This document shows, one piece after another, positions 9,389 through 18,709 of a DNA stretch of 35,674 nt. Source of the stretch: Thermotogota bacterium (GTDB lineage Bacteria > Bipolaricaulota > Bipolaricaulia > UBA7950 > UBA9294); the NCBI GenBank assembly GCA_039679545.1, contig JBDKUT010000120.1, forward strand, positions 1 to 35,674, read 5' to 3'. The notes below the pieces were generated by a model. The model saw nothing but the letters and a program-made list of their open reading frames with translations. It did not search any database and had not been told where the DNA came from. Each line of letters starts with the position of its first letter. The stretch's first letter is position 1. The position numbers were made by a program, and so were the translations under genes.

Positions 9389-11986
9389 ATGCCGATGGAT
9401 AGCGTACGCCGAGGGATTGACTTCCTGCTTGGACAGACCAACGCGCAGCAGCTCAAACGCTTCGACCGCGAGATGCAGCGAATTGGCGCAATGGCCGACG
9501 ATCTGGCGGCGCTCTCCGATGACGCGCTCCGAGCGAAGACGGCCGAATTGCGCGATCGCCTGCGCGACGGCGAGACGAAGCAGGACGTGCGCCCCGACGC
9601 GTTCGCCGTCGTTCGAGAGATTGCGACGCGGACCGTCGGACTGCGGCCGTTCGACGTGCAGATCCTTGGTGCAATCGCTCTCGACGAGCATCGGATCGCT
9701 GAGATGCAGACCGGAGAGGGGAAGACGCTCGTCGCAACGCTCCCCGCGTACCTAAATGCCCTGGTCGGCAAGGTCCACGTGGTCACCGTCAACGACTATC
9801 TGGCCCGACGCGACCGGGAGTGGATGGGTCCGATCTACGAGTCCCTCGGCCTCACCGTCGGCCTCCTTCAGGAAGACTCCACACCGCAGGAGCGCCAGGC
9901 CGCCTACGCCGCCGACATCACGTACGGGACGAACAACCAGTTCGGGTTCGACTACCTGCGAGACAACATGGTCCTGTCGTCCGGCGACAAGGTTCAGGGG
10001 GCGCTCGACTTCGCGATCGTCGACGAGATCGACAACATTCTGATCGACGAGGCTCGCACCCCGCTGATCATCTCCGGTTCGACGGCCGACTCCTACGACC
10101 TGTACAAGAAGTTCGCCTCGCTCGTCCGGCGGTTCCGACGCGACGAGGACTTCGAGATCGACGAGGAATCCAAGCGGCTGACCCTGACGGACGCCGGCAT
10201 CCACAAGGCGGAGGGCGACCTACGGGTCGAGAACCTGTTCTCGCCCGAGCACGCCGAGACGTTGCACTACATCGAGAATGCGCTGCGCGCGCTCCACATG
10301 TTCACGAAGGAGCAGCAGTACATCGTCAAGGACGGCCGCGTGATGATCGTCGACGAGTTCACCGGCCGCCTCATGCCGGATCGGCGCTACTCCGACGGAC
10401 TCCACCAGGCGATCGAGGCGAAGGAGGGGCTCACGATCCAGCGCGAGTCCCAGACCCTGGCCACGATCACGCTGCAGCACTACTTCCAGCTGTACAAGGG
10501 CCTGTGCGGCATGACGGGAACGGCGAAGACGGAAGAGGACGAATTCAAGCAGATCTACGCGCTCCCCGTACTCGAGATTCCGACGAACCGCCCTCTTCGC
10601 CGGGAGGCCAAGCCGGACGCGATCTTCCGCACCCGCCGGGCGAAGTACGAGGCGATCGCCGACGAGATCGCCCGGCTGCACGAGCAGGGGAGACCGGTCC
10701 TCATCGGCACGAACTCGATCGAGAAGTCGGAGATCGTCTCGCACCTCTTGAAGGCTCGCAAGCTCCCCCACACGGTTCTGAACGCCAAGTACCACGAGAA
10801 GGAAGCGGAAATCGTCGCGGACGCCGGGCAGCACGGCGCGATCACCGTCGCGACGAACATGGCGGGCCGCGGGACGGACATCAAGCTTGGCGAGGGAGTC
10901 GCCGAGATCGGCGGGCTGCACGTCATCGGATGCCAACGTCACGAGTCCCGCCGCATCGACAACCAGCTCCTCGGACGCGCCGGTCGACAGGGAGATCCCG
11001 GATCCTCGCAGTTCTACCTGTCGCTCGAGGACGACCTCCTGCGGATCTTCGGCGGCGAGCGGATCGGACTCGTCATGGACCGCATCGGCATGAAGGAGGG
11101 GGAGGCAATTGAGCACAACCTCCTCACCGGAGCCATCCGCCGTGCGCAGAAGCGCGTCGAGGGGAGGAACTTCGAGATCCGCAAGCGGCTCCTCGAATAC
11201 GACCTCGTCCTGGCCAAGCAGCGCGAGGCCATCTACTCGCTCCGCAACCGCTTCCTCCTCCCGCCGCGTCCAGACGCAATGCGCTTCTCCGGGGAAGCGG
11301 AGGAAGACCTCACGGAGTACCTCCACGACCTGTTCGAGGAGTTCGCCGAGAACCTCGTCTCGACGTACGCGCGCAAGGACCGCTCGCCCGACGAGTGGAA
11401 CCTCGAGGGGCTCTGCCGCGAGCTGTCGGCGTTCGGGCCGGTCGACGAGGGCGCGTGGCACGATGTCCGCGCGTCGGAGCTGGTCGAGCGGGTCGTGGAG
11501 CACCTCGACCAGGCCCTCGCTCGGCAGCGCGAACGGATTGGCGAACCGTTCCCCTTCGTCGGCCGCTACCTCATCCTGATGACGCTCGATGAGGCGTGGA
11601 GAACTCACCTCTACAACCTGGACGATCTCAAGGGCGGAATCGGATGGACGGCATACGCAGGGACGGACCCGCTTGTCGCGTTCAAGCGGGAGTCGTTCGT
11701 CCTGTTCCAGGAGATGCTCGGAAGCACCGCGGACAAGATCGTCCGAATGCTCCTGAACCCCCGCCTCTCGGTTGGCGAAGGCGCATCGACGACCACGTCC
11801 ACCGCGCCCCGACAGCCGCTTCGCTTTGTCCACGGAGGAGAACGCCCCATCGTGCCCCCGCGCCCGGAGGCTCAGGCCCCAGACGCCCACCGACCCGTGC
11901 ATGTGGCGGCCGCCCCGGGACGGAACGATCCGTGCCCGTGCGGTTCCGGCAAGAAGTACAAGAAGTGCCACGGGGCCGGTCGCTGA
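9389..11986 (+). CDS. secA: Preprotein translocase ATPase SecA
   Basis: MQTGEGKT, VTVNDYLA, DEIDNILIDEARTPLIISG, ATNMAGRGTDI, GRAGRQGDPG, C-terminal SEC-C motif GRNDPCPCGSGKKYKKCHG. Confidence 0.98.
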   Translation: MPMDSVRRGIDFLLGQTNAQQLKRFDREMQRIGAMADDLAALSDDALRAKTAELRDRLRDGETKQDVRPDAFAVVREIATRTVGLRPFDVQILGAIALDEHRIAEMQTGEGKTLVATLPAYLNALVGKVHVVTVNDYLARRDREWMGPIYESLGLTVGLLQEDSTPQERQAAYAADITYGTNNQFGFDYLRDNMVLSSGDKVQGALDFAIVDEIDNILIDEARTPLIISGSTADSYDLYKKFASLVRRFRRDEDFEIDEESKRLTLTDAGIHKAEGDLRVENLFSPEHAETLHYIENALRALHMFTKEQQYIVKDGRVMIVDEFTGRLMPDRRYSDGLHQAIEAKEGLTIQRESQTLATITLQHYFQLYKGLCGMTGTAKTEEDEFKQIYALPVLEIPTNRPLRREAKPDAIFRTRRAKYEAIADEIARLHEQGRPVLIGTNSIEKSEIVSHLLKARKLPHTVLNAKYHEKEAEIVADAGQHGAITVATNMAGRGTDIKLGEGVAEIGGLHVIGCQRHESRRIDNQLLGRAGRQGDPGSSQFYLSLEDDLLRIFGGERIGLVMDRIGMKEGEAIEHNLLTGAIRRAQKRVEGRNFEIRKRLLEYDLVLAKQREAIYSLRNRFLLPPRPDAMRFSGEAEEDLTEYLHDLFEEFAENLVSTYARKDRSPDEWNLEGLCRELSAFGPVDEGAWHDVRASELVERVVEHLDQALARQRERIGEPFPFVGRYLILMTLDEAWRTHLYNLDDLKGGIGWTAYAGTDPLVAFKRESFVLFQEMLGSTADKIVRMLLNPRLSVGEGASTTTSTAPRQPLRFVHGGERPIVPPRPEAQAPDAHRPVHVAAAPGRNDPCPCGSGKKYKKCHGAGR

Positions 11987-11997
11987 GCGGGCACCCT

Positions 11998-12783
11998 CTA
12001 CGTGGGATCGAGGAGGAGTTCGTCGTCGACCACGTGCCGCCGGGAGAAGAGGTCAACAAGATCGCACACCCGCGTTTGCCGCTTCACCTCGTCCCGAACC
12101 TCGTGGACGATCTGCCCCTTGTGCATCATCAGGAGCCGGTTCCCGAGTTCGATCGCCTGGTCCATGTTGTGCGTGACCATGATCGTCGTCAGGGCTTCCT
12201 CTTCAACGAACGCACGCGTCAACTCGACGATCCTCTCGGCGTTCTTCGGGTCGAGCGCTGCGGTGTGCTCGTCGAGCAGAAGGAGGTCGGGGCGCGACAG
12301 GGTGGCCATCGACACCGCGAGCGCCTGGCGCTCGCCGCCCGACAAGGTCGAGACGGGATCGTCAAGTCGCGCCGTAAGGTCGACTCCGAGGTCGGAGAGC
12401 CGTTCGACGAAGGCCGCTCGCCGGCGCCGGGAGATCGCGCGCCGCAACGTCCGTCCGCGGCGCTTGGAGGCCAAGGCGAGGTTCTCCGCCACGGTCATCG
12501 AGGGCGCCGTGCCCTTCATCGGATCCTGGACGATCCGGCTGATCCTCCGGGCGCGACGGTATGCCGGCGTGCACGTCACGTCGATGCCACCAAGACGCAC
12601 GCGCCCAGTCGTCGGGAGGAGAACGCCGCAAATCACGTGGAGCAGCGTGCTCTTTCCCGCGCCGTTCGAGCCGATCACGGTCAGGAAGTCGCCGCGGTCG
12701 AGGTGCAGGTCGATCCCTGAGAGCGCAAGAACCTCGTCCGCTCCAGATCGAAATCGCTTCTCCACCCCCAGGACGTCTAGCAT
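11998..12783 (-). CDS. ABC transporter ATP-binding subunit (TrpX-type amino-acid importer)
   Basis: ATG at 12783; GSNGAGKST, LSGGERQ, LLLLDEHTAALDP, VTH. Confidence 0.92.
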   Translation of the reverse strand: MLDVLGVEKRFRSGADEVLALSGIDLHLDRGDFLTVIGSNGAGKSTLLHVICGVLLPTTGRVRLGGIDVTCTPAYRRARRISRIVQDPMKGTAPSMTVAENLALASKRRGRTLRRAISRRRRAAFVERLSDLGVDLTARLDDPVSTLSGGERQALAVSMATLSRPDLLLLDEHTAALDPKNAERIVELTRAFVEEEALTTIMVTHNMDQAIELGNRLLMMHKGQIVHEVRDEVKRQTRVCDLVDLFSRRHVVDDELLLDPT

Positions 12784-13676
12784 GATCCCACCTTTCGCAT
12801 AAGCCGTTCGCGCACGGTCGGGATGACGAGCGCGACGATGACGATGAGGGACGTGACGAGCTTGAGATCGCTCGCCTGGAACCCGATCAGGTACCCATAT
12901 CGCAGCGCGAACATCACGGCCACGCGGTAGACGAGCGATCCAACAAGGACGCTCGCGGTCATCCAACCGATCCGTCGGGAGCGGATAAGAGACCCGCCCA
13001 CGATGACGGCGGCGAGTCCCGTGACGATCGTTCCCACACCCATTCCGACATCGGCAAAGCCGCTGTACTGAGCTACGAGCGCCCCCGACAACGCGACGAG
13101 GCCGTTGGAGAGCGCGAGGCCGAACACCTTCATCGACTTCGTGTTCACGCCCTGTGCCACGATCATCGCCTCGTTGTCGCCGGTCGCTCGTAGCGCGAGC
13201 CCGAACTCCGTGCGGAAGAACGCGTCCAGGACGAACTTGATCAAGAGCGTCATCCCGGCCAAAACGGCGAGGATCGCGACTGCGCCGAGCGGTGACAGAG
13301 CCCGCTCGACCACGTCCGATAACGTTGCGACACGGAGGAGCGAGATGCTCGGCTTTCCCATGATCCGCAGGTTGATCGAGTAAAGCATGATCATTGACAG
13401 GACGCCCGCGAGGAGGTCGGTGATTCCCAGGCGTGTGTGCAGGAAACCCGTGACCATCCCGGCGATGCAGCCGGCGCCGAAGGCAGCGGCGAGCGTCAGA
13501 AACGGGTCGACGCCCATCGAGGTTAAGAGGGAGGAGGCGATGGCGGCGCCGGTCACGAAGCTTCCGTCCACCGTCAGGTCGGGGAAGCGCAGGATCCGAA
13601 ACGTGATGAATACCCCAAGCGCCGCGATCCCGTACGCAAACCCCTGTTCCGCCGCATGGATCAAGATCGATCCCAT
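12777..13676 (-). CDS. ABC transporter permease (BPD_transp_2 family)
   Basis: FPDLTVDGSF, LYSINLRIMG, GLALRATGDN, GLALSNGLVALSG, GFADVGMG. Confidence 0.92.
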   Translation of the reverse strand: MGSILIHAAEQGFAYGIAALGVFITFRILRFPDLTVDGSFVTGAAIASSLLTSMGVDPFLTLAAAFGAGCIAGMVTGFLHTRLGITDLLAGVLSMIMLYSINLRIMGKPSISLLRVATLSDVVERALSPLGAVAILAVLAGMTLLIKFVLDAFFRTEFGLALRATGDNEAMIVAQGVNTKSMKVFGLALSNGLVALSGALVAQYSGFADVGMGVGTIVTGLAAVIVGGSLIRSRRIGWMTASVLVGSLVYRVAVMFALRYGYLIGFQASDLKLVTSLIVIVALVIPTVRERLMRKVGSC

Positions 13677-13701
13677 CGCTCTCCTCCCCTGAAGAAACCC
13701 G

Positions 13702-14706
13702 TCAGTCGCCCGACCGCAGCCAGGACGCCCCGCCGAAGAAGATCCCCGTCGCGCGATCGATCAGGCTCGCCGGAAACTCGAGGCCGATGTGCGCCGCCGC
13801 GTCGAGGTTCAGATGGATCTCGGCTCCGGTCTGGTACACCACCGGAATCTGGTTCGGCTTCTTCCCGGTCAGGATCTGGAGCACGATGTCACCGGCCAGG
13901 AGCCCCTGCTTGTAGTAGTCAAACCCGGTCGCCAGGACGGGGCCGAAGCGGAGGCTCGTCGGGTCGGCCATGAGGAACGGCACGTTCCCTTCCTCCGCGG
14001 CTGCGATTACAGCATCGATCGCCGAGACCACCGTATTGTCCGTCGTAACGTAGAACGCGTCGACGCGCCCAACGAGCGACTGCGCCGCGGCAGGAACGTT
14101 GGCGCTCGTGTCGGCGATCGCCTTCACGATCGACAGGCCCAGCCCCGGAGCCGCCGCCTCCGCGATCGCCGTCAACCGTGCGGAGTTGGCCTCCCCGGGG
14201 TTGTAGACGATGCCGATGCGGCGGATGGACGACGACAACTCTTTGAGCAGAGCGAGGTCGCCGGCCACGTCAATCAGGTCCGATACGCCCGTCACGTTCC
14301 CGTTTTGGCTGGGGTCGTCGTCGTCGAGGACGAGCCCCGCCGCCACGGGGTCGGTCACCGCGCTGAAGACGACCGGCACTCCCGTACCCTCGAACACCTC
14401 GGCGGCGGCGAGCGCCATCGGCGTCGAGATCGCGACGACCAGCGTCACCCCCTTGGCCTGGAAGTCCTGGGCGATTGGGATCGCGTTGTTCGGATCCCCC
14501 TGAGCGCTTGCCAGGATGTACTCGACGTCCTTCCCCTCGATGTATCCGGCGGCCGTAAGCGCGTCGATGATTCCGCGCTCGTTGGCGTCGAGCGCTGGGT
14601 GTTCCACGATCTTGCAGATCCCAATCCGAATTGGAGCTCCAAGCCCCGCGACGGCGACCGCCGCAATCAACAGTCCAACCAGAACTCCTGCGATTCCTCT
14701 TTTCAC
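13702..14706 (-). CDS. ABC substrate-binding protein (ABC_sub_bind, TrpX-like; probable aromatic amino-acid binder)
   Basis: GTG at 14706 with SD GGGAGG; signal peptide; IVEHPALD, PVVFSAVTDPV, NVTGVSD, YNPGEANS, TDNTV. Confidence 0.92.
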   Translation of the reverse strand: MKRGIAGVLVGLLIAAVAVAGLGAPIRIGICKIVEHPALDANERGIIDALTAAGYIEGKDVEYILASAQGDPNNAIPIAQDFQAKGVTLVVAISTPMALAAAEVFEGTGVPVVFSAVTDPVAAGLVLDDDDPSQNGNVTGVSDLIDVAGDLALLKELSSSIRRIGIVYNPGEANSARLTAIAEAAAPGLGLSIVKAIADTSANVPAAAQSLVGRVDAFYVTTDNTVVSAIDAVIAAAEEGNVPFLMADPTSLRFGPVLATGFDYYKQGLLAGDIVLQILTGKKPNQIPVVYQTGAEIHLNLDAAAHIGLEFPASLIDRATGIFFGGASWLRSGD

Positions 14707-14892
14707 GTTCGGTCCTCCCGATGTATCCTTGTGCCGTGCTCGCGGCACGGCCCCGTGCCTTTGGCACGCTTCCGTGGACGCCCCAAGCGTCCATCCTTGC
14801 CCGTCCGCTCAAGCGCCTCTCTCCGGCAGGCGGACAGGCTTGTCTCCTAGCCCGTCTCCTCGGTGCCGCGTTGTCGTTTCGACCTCCTTCCC

Positions 14893-14932
14893 AAAAACAG
14901 AGCGACTGCGGGAAATCCCGCAGTCGCCTCTC
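14893..14932 (-). terminator. Intrinsic terminator (attenuator) in the ABC operon leader
   Basis: Minus strand GCGACTGCGGGA-TT-TCCCGCAGTCGC-TCTGTTTTT, lying between the promoter and the first gene. Confidence 0.88.
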
Positions 14933-14966
14933 GGTTCCTCCGCAGTCTACGCGCTACCCTGAGCGG

Positions 14967-15062
14967 CTAGCGCGCCGCGGAGAAACCGTGCTCAAACCAA
15001 TACCAGTAGAAGGAGAAGCTGCCGGTTCGATCGCTCTGGGCACGCTGTCTCGCTTCGTTCAT
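14967..15062 (-). CDS. Aromatic-amino-acid leader peptide (31 aa)
   Basis: MNEARQRAQSDRTGSFSFYWYWFEHGFSAAR*; run FYWYWF; starts 9 nt after the -10 box; followed by a terminator. Confidence 0.85.
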   Translation of the reverse strand: MNEARQRAQSDRTGSFSFYWYWFEHGFSAAR

Positions 15063-15071
15063 GGCTGGGCC

Positions 15072-15100
15072 ACTATAGAGTCCAACGGATTCAGTGTCAA
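15072..15100 (-). promoter_or_regulatory. sigma70 promoter of the leader peptide/ABC operon
   Basis: Minus strand TTGACA(15100-15095)-17 nt-TATAGT(15077-15072). Confidence 0.85.
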
Positions 15101-15119
15101 GCCCCCCTTGCGACGAGCG

Positions 15120-15148
15120 TTGACAAGATCGAGGGTTCCCTTTATGAT
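15120..15148 (+). promoter_or_regulatory. sigma70 promoter of the hrcA operon
   Basis: TTGACA(15120-15125)-17 nt-TATGAT(15143-15148). Confidence 0.88.
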
Positions 15149-15174
15149 TAGCAGACACGTATATGGAGTGCTAA
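15148..15174 (+). promoter_or_regulatory. CIRCE element (HrcA operator)
   Basis: TTAGCAGAC-N9-GAGTGCTAA versus consensus TTAGCACTC-N9-GAGTGCTAA, directly upstream of hrcA. Confidence 0.93.
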
Positions 15175-15183
15175 CTGGAGACG

Positions 15184-16248
15184 GTGAGGACCTTGACCCT
15201 GCCCGAACGACAGAGACTGATTCTGAAGGAGATCGTAGACCGGTACATCCGGCTCTACGAGCCGGTTTCGTCGCGGATGATCCTCGAGGAGTACGGGCTA
15301 AAGGTAAGCTCGGCGACCGTCCGCAACGACATGTATGACCTGGAGAAGCTGGGATTCATCGCCAAGCCGTACTCGTCCTCGGGGAGGATTCCCACGCAGA
15401 GGGGATTCCGATTCTTCGTCGAGTGGTTACTGGATCTTTCGGAGCTTCAGAAGACACAACGGCTCGAGATCGTTGAGACGTACGAGGCGCGGGTGCTGGA
15501 CGTCTCGGAGGCGATCCGGCAGACGGCGTTTGTGCTCGCCAACATGACCAGGTACGCCGCGTTCGTGGTCCCGCCCCGCCTTGAGGACGCCCGCCTCGAA
15601 CGCGTCCTCCTCGTTCGCATGAGCGATCGGACGGCGTTCCTCGTCGTCGTGTCGGACATCGGCGTCGTCGAGCAGGGCCTGATCCCGCTCGAGACCGACG
15701 CGACGGAGGAAGAAGTCGAGCGGATGATGCAGACCGTCAACCGCACGCTGCGCGGCGCGCGCCTCGAGGAGGTGCGTGCGCTGGCGGCGGAAGAAGGGCC
15801 AGAGGGATGGTACGAGCGCCCCGAGCGGCAGGCGCTCGCCGTGGTCGGCAAGCTGCTCGACCGCCGGATGGGACAGCGCGTCGTCGTGGAAGGGATCCTG
15901 CATCTCATTGAGCCGCTCCAGCGGCTCGCTCCCGAGCATGCTATGGAGCGGTTCGCGGCGCTCGGCCGGGCCGTCCAGGACGAAAAGGCGTTCCCTGAAG
16001 CCCTCGAGCGTGCCCGGGAGGGACGCACGGGAATCGTCGTCAACGTGGGCGACTTCCCGCTTGCGGGCGCAGAGGAGTTCAGCGTGATCACCCTCCCGTA
16101 TCGGCCGCACGGCGGTCTGCTCGGGGTGATTGCCCCGGTCTGCATGGACTACGGACGAGCGATGTCGGCGCTGACGTACGTCGCGAACCGGCTGGAGGCG
16201 CTCCTCGTCTCAGCGCGCGGCCGCGCGCTGAAAGAGGAGGCAAGATGA
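15184..16248 (+). CDS. hrcA: Heat-inducible transcription repressor HrcA
   Basis: ERQRLILKEIV, EPVSS, SSATVRNDM, SSGRIPT, GVIAPVCMDY; CIRCE upstream; precedes grpE-dnaK-dnaJ. Confidence 0.95.
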   Translation: MRTLTLPERQRLILKEIVDRYIRLYEPVSSRMILEEYGLKVSSATVRNDMYDLEKLGFIAKPYSSSGRIPTQRGFRFFVEWLLDLSELQKTQRLEIVETYEARVLDVSEAIRQTAFVLANMTRYAAFVVPPRLEDARLERVLLVRMSDRTAFLVVVSDIGVVEQGLIPLETDATEEEVERMMQTVNRTLRGARLEEVRALAAEEGPEGWYERPERQALAVVGKLLDRRMGQRVVVEGILHLIEPLQRLAPEHAMERFAALGRAVQDEKAFPEALERAREGRTGIVVNVGDFPLAGAEEFSVITLPYRPHGGLLGVIAPVCMDYGRAMSALTYVANRLEALLVSARGRALKEEAR

Positions 16249-16832
16249 TCCCGGACAACGAGGACGCGGTGCGAACACCGCGCGAGGAGTTGTCGGAGAA
16301 CGCGGCCCCCGCTTCCGAAAGCCCGGGTCCCGGCGCCGCGGAGGAAACCGCCGCCGCGGGGCTTCTCGCCGAGAAGAAGGCGGAGCTTGCCGCGACGATC
16401 GACCGCCTGAAGCGGCTGCAGGCCGAGTTCGAGAACTATCGGAAGCGGAGCGCGCGGGACATCGCCGCGCTCCGCGAGCGGATTGCGGACGATGAGATCT
16501 GCAGCTTTCTTCCGCTCTACGACGGACTGGAGCGAGCATTCTCCACCTACAGAGAGACGAAAGACGCCGAGGGTCTCGTCGTCGGCGTGGAGAAGATCTT
16601 TGGGCAGTTTCACCAGATCCTGGAGCAGAAGGGACTCAAGCGCATCTGCACGATCGGCGAGCGCTTCGATCCCGAGCTCCACGAAGCGCTCGTCTCCCTA
16701 CCGAGTGAAGAAGAGAAGAACACCGTTATCGAAGAACTCTCTCCCGGGTATGCCAGGGCCGGCCGGACGCTCTTGCCGAGCAAGGTTGCGGTGAGCCAGG
16801 GCCCGGGCGCGGAAGAGAAGGAGGAGTCATGA
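16245..16832 (+). CDS. grpE: Nucleotide exchange factor GrpE
   Basis: [23 protein letters not shown]; gene context. Confidence 0.96.
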   Translation: MIPDNEDAVRTPREELSENAAPASESPGPGAAEETAAAGLLAEKKAELAATIDRLKRLQAEFENYRKRSARDIAALRERIADDEICSFLPLYDGLERAFSTYRETKDAEGLVVGVEKIFGQFHQILEQKGLKRICTIGERFDPELHEALVSLPSEEEKNTVIEELSPGYARAGRTLLPSKVAVSQGPGAEEKEES

Positions 16833-18682
16833 GAGAGAAGATCATTGGCATCGATTTGGGAACCACCAACTCCTGCGTCGCCGTGCTGGAAGGAGGGGCG
16901 CCGGAGATCATCACGAACTCGGAGGGAGAGCGCATCACGCCGTCGGTCGTCGCGTTCACGGAGGCCGGCGAACGCCTCGTCGGCCGCCTCGCGCGCCGCC
17001 AGGCCATCATGAACCCGTTGCACACGGTCTCATCGATCAAGCGAGAGATGGGGACCGATCACCGGATCAAGATCTCGACGGACGGGAAGACGACCGAGTA
17101 CTCGCCGGAGCAGATCTCGGCGATGATCCTCCAGAAGATGAAGCAGGACGCCGAGGCTCACCTCGGCGGGAAGGTCACCAAGGCGGTCATCACGGTGCCC
17201 GCCTACTTCAACGACTCGCAGCGCCAGGCGACGAAGGACGCCGGGACCATCGCCGGGCTCGAAGTCATGCGGATCATCAACGAGCCGACGGCGGCGGCGC
17301 TGGCCTACGGACTCGACAAGCAGCACGAGCAGACGATCCTCGTCTACGACCTCGGCGGCGGCACGTTCGACGTGTCGATCCTCGAGATCGGCGACGGAGT
17401 CTTCGACGTCCGCGCCACCGACGGCGACACCCGCCTCGGCGGCGACGACTTCGACCAGCGGATCCTCGAGTGGCTGAAGGATGAGTTCCGCAAGGACACG
17501 GGGATCGACCTCTCCAAGGACCCGAGCGCCATGCAGCGCCTTCGCGACGCCGCCGAGGCGGCCAAGATGGAGCTGTCGAGCCGGATGGAGACGACAATCA
17601 ACCTCCCGTACCTCACGGCCGACGCGGCGGGACCGAAGCACCTGGAGAAGAAGCTGTCCCGCGCCAAGTTTGAGTCGATGATCGACGACTACCTCACCCG
17701 GACGATCTCGATCGTCGACGCGACGCTGCGCGCCGCCAACAAGGAGTCGAAGGACATCGACCAGGTCGTGCTCGTCGGCGGGTCCACGCGCATCCCGAAG
17801 GTCCAGGAGCTCGTGGCGAAGCGGATTCCCGGCAAGATCAACCGGGAGATCAACCCCGACGAGGTCGTCGCGGCCGGCGCCGCCATCCAGGGGGGCATCC
17901 TGGCCGGCGAGGTCGACGAGATTGTCCTTCTCGACGTCACGCCGCTGACCTTGTCCATCGAGACGCTGGGCGGGGTCGCCACGCCGCTCATCGAGCGGAA
18001 CACGACGGTTCCGACGGAGAAGACGAAGACGTTCACGACGGCGGAGGACAACCAGCCCGCGGTCGAGATCCACGTCGTCCAGGGCGAGCGCAAGATGGCG
18101 TCCGACAACAAGTCGCTTGGCAAGTTCCAGCTCACCGGACTGCCGCCGGCTCCGCGCGGAATTCCGCAGATCGACGTGACGTTCAACATCGACGCCGACG
18201 GGATCCTTCACGTCACCGCGAAGGACAAGGCGACCGAGAAGACGGCGTCGATCGCCATCACCGACTCGTCGCGCCTCGACCAAACGGAAATCGACCGGAT
18301 GAGGAAGGCGGCCGAGGAGCACGCCGAGGAGGACCGGAAGAAGGCCGACCTGGCGACGCTCCGCAACCAGGCGGATCAGCTCACGTACTCGGTCGAGAAG
18401 GCGCTCGCCGACCTCGGACAAAAGGTGGACGGCACGAAGCGCGCCGAGATCGAGGAGCGGATCCGAACGCTTCGCCAGAAGCTCAGCCAGGAGGCGAGCC
18501 ACGACGACGTACGCCGCGCCATGGACGAGCTGTCGAAGAGCGCCCAGGACGTGATCGCGAAGGCCTACCAGCAAGGCCAGCAGGGAACTCCGTCGGGCGC
18601 CGGAACGTCGGGCGGCGGACCGTCGGCCTCCTCCGACAAGGACGACGGCGACTACATCGACGCGGAGTACGACAAGGGATAA
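16829..18682 (+). CDS. dnaK: Chaperone DnaK
   Basis: [49 protein letters not shown]. Confidence 0.99.
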   Translation: MREKIIGIDLGTTNSCVAVLEGGAPEIITNSEGERITPSVVAFTEAGERLVGRLARRQAIMNPLHTVSSIKREMGTDHRIKISTDGKTTEYSPEQISAMILQKMKQDAEAHLGGKVTKAVITVPAYFNDSQRQATKDAGTIAGLEVMRIINEPTAAALAYGLDKQHEQTILVYDLGGGTFDVSILEIGDGVFDVRATDGDTRLGGDDFDQRILEWLKDEFRKDTGIDLSKDPSAMQRLRDAAEAAKMELSSRMETTINLPYLTADAAGPKHLEKKLSRAKFESMIDDYLTRTISIVDATLRAANKESKDIDQVVLVGGSTRIPKVQELVAKRIPGKINREINPDEVVAAGAAIQGGILAGEVDEIVLLDVTPLTLSIETLGGVATPLIERNTTVPTEKTKTFTTAEDNQPAVEIHVVQGERKMASDNKSLGKFQLTGLPPAPRGIPQIDVTFNIDADGILHVTAKDKATEKTASIAITDSSRLDQTEIDRMRKAAEEHAEEDRKKADLATLRNQADQLTYSVEKALADLGQKVDGTKRAEIEERIRTLRQKLSQEASHDDVRRAMDELSKSAQDVIAKAYQQGQQGTPSGAGTSGGGPSASSDKDDGDYIDAEYDKG

Positions 18683-18709
18683 GCTCCCGCCTCAGCAAGG
18701 GAGGGCGGC

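Noticed and set aside
14707..15100. T-box riboswitch upstream of the amino-acid ABC importer
   Set aside because: No UGGNACC T-box motif or specifier stem seen; the leader peptide explains the terminator.
14967..15158. 63-aa version of the leader ORF
   Set aside because: It would begin upstream of its own promoter and inside CIRCE; ATG 15062 fits better.
17030..18574. 514-aa ORF antisense to dnaK (likewise 10220-11971 opposite secA and 31117-32757 opposite atpD)
   Set aside because: Shadow ORFs produced by high-GC codon bias of conserved genes; no independent motifs or RBS.
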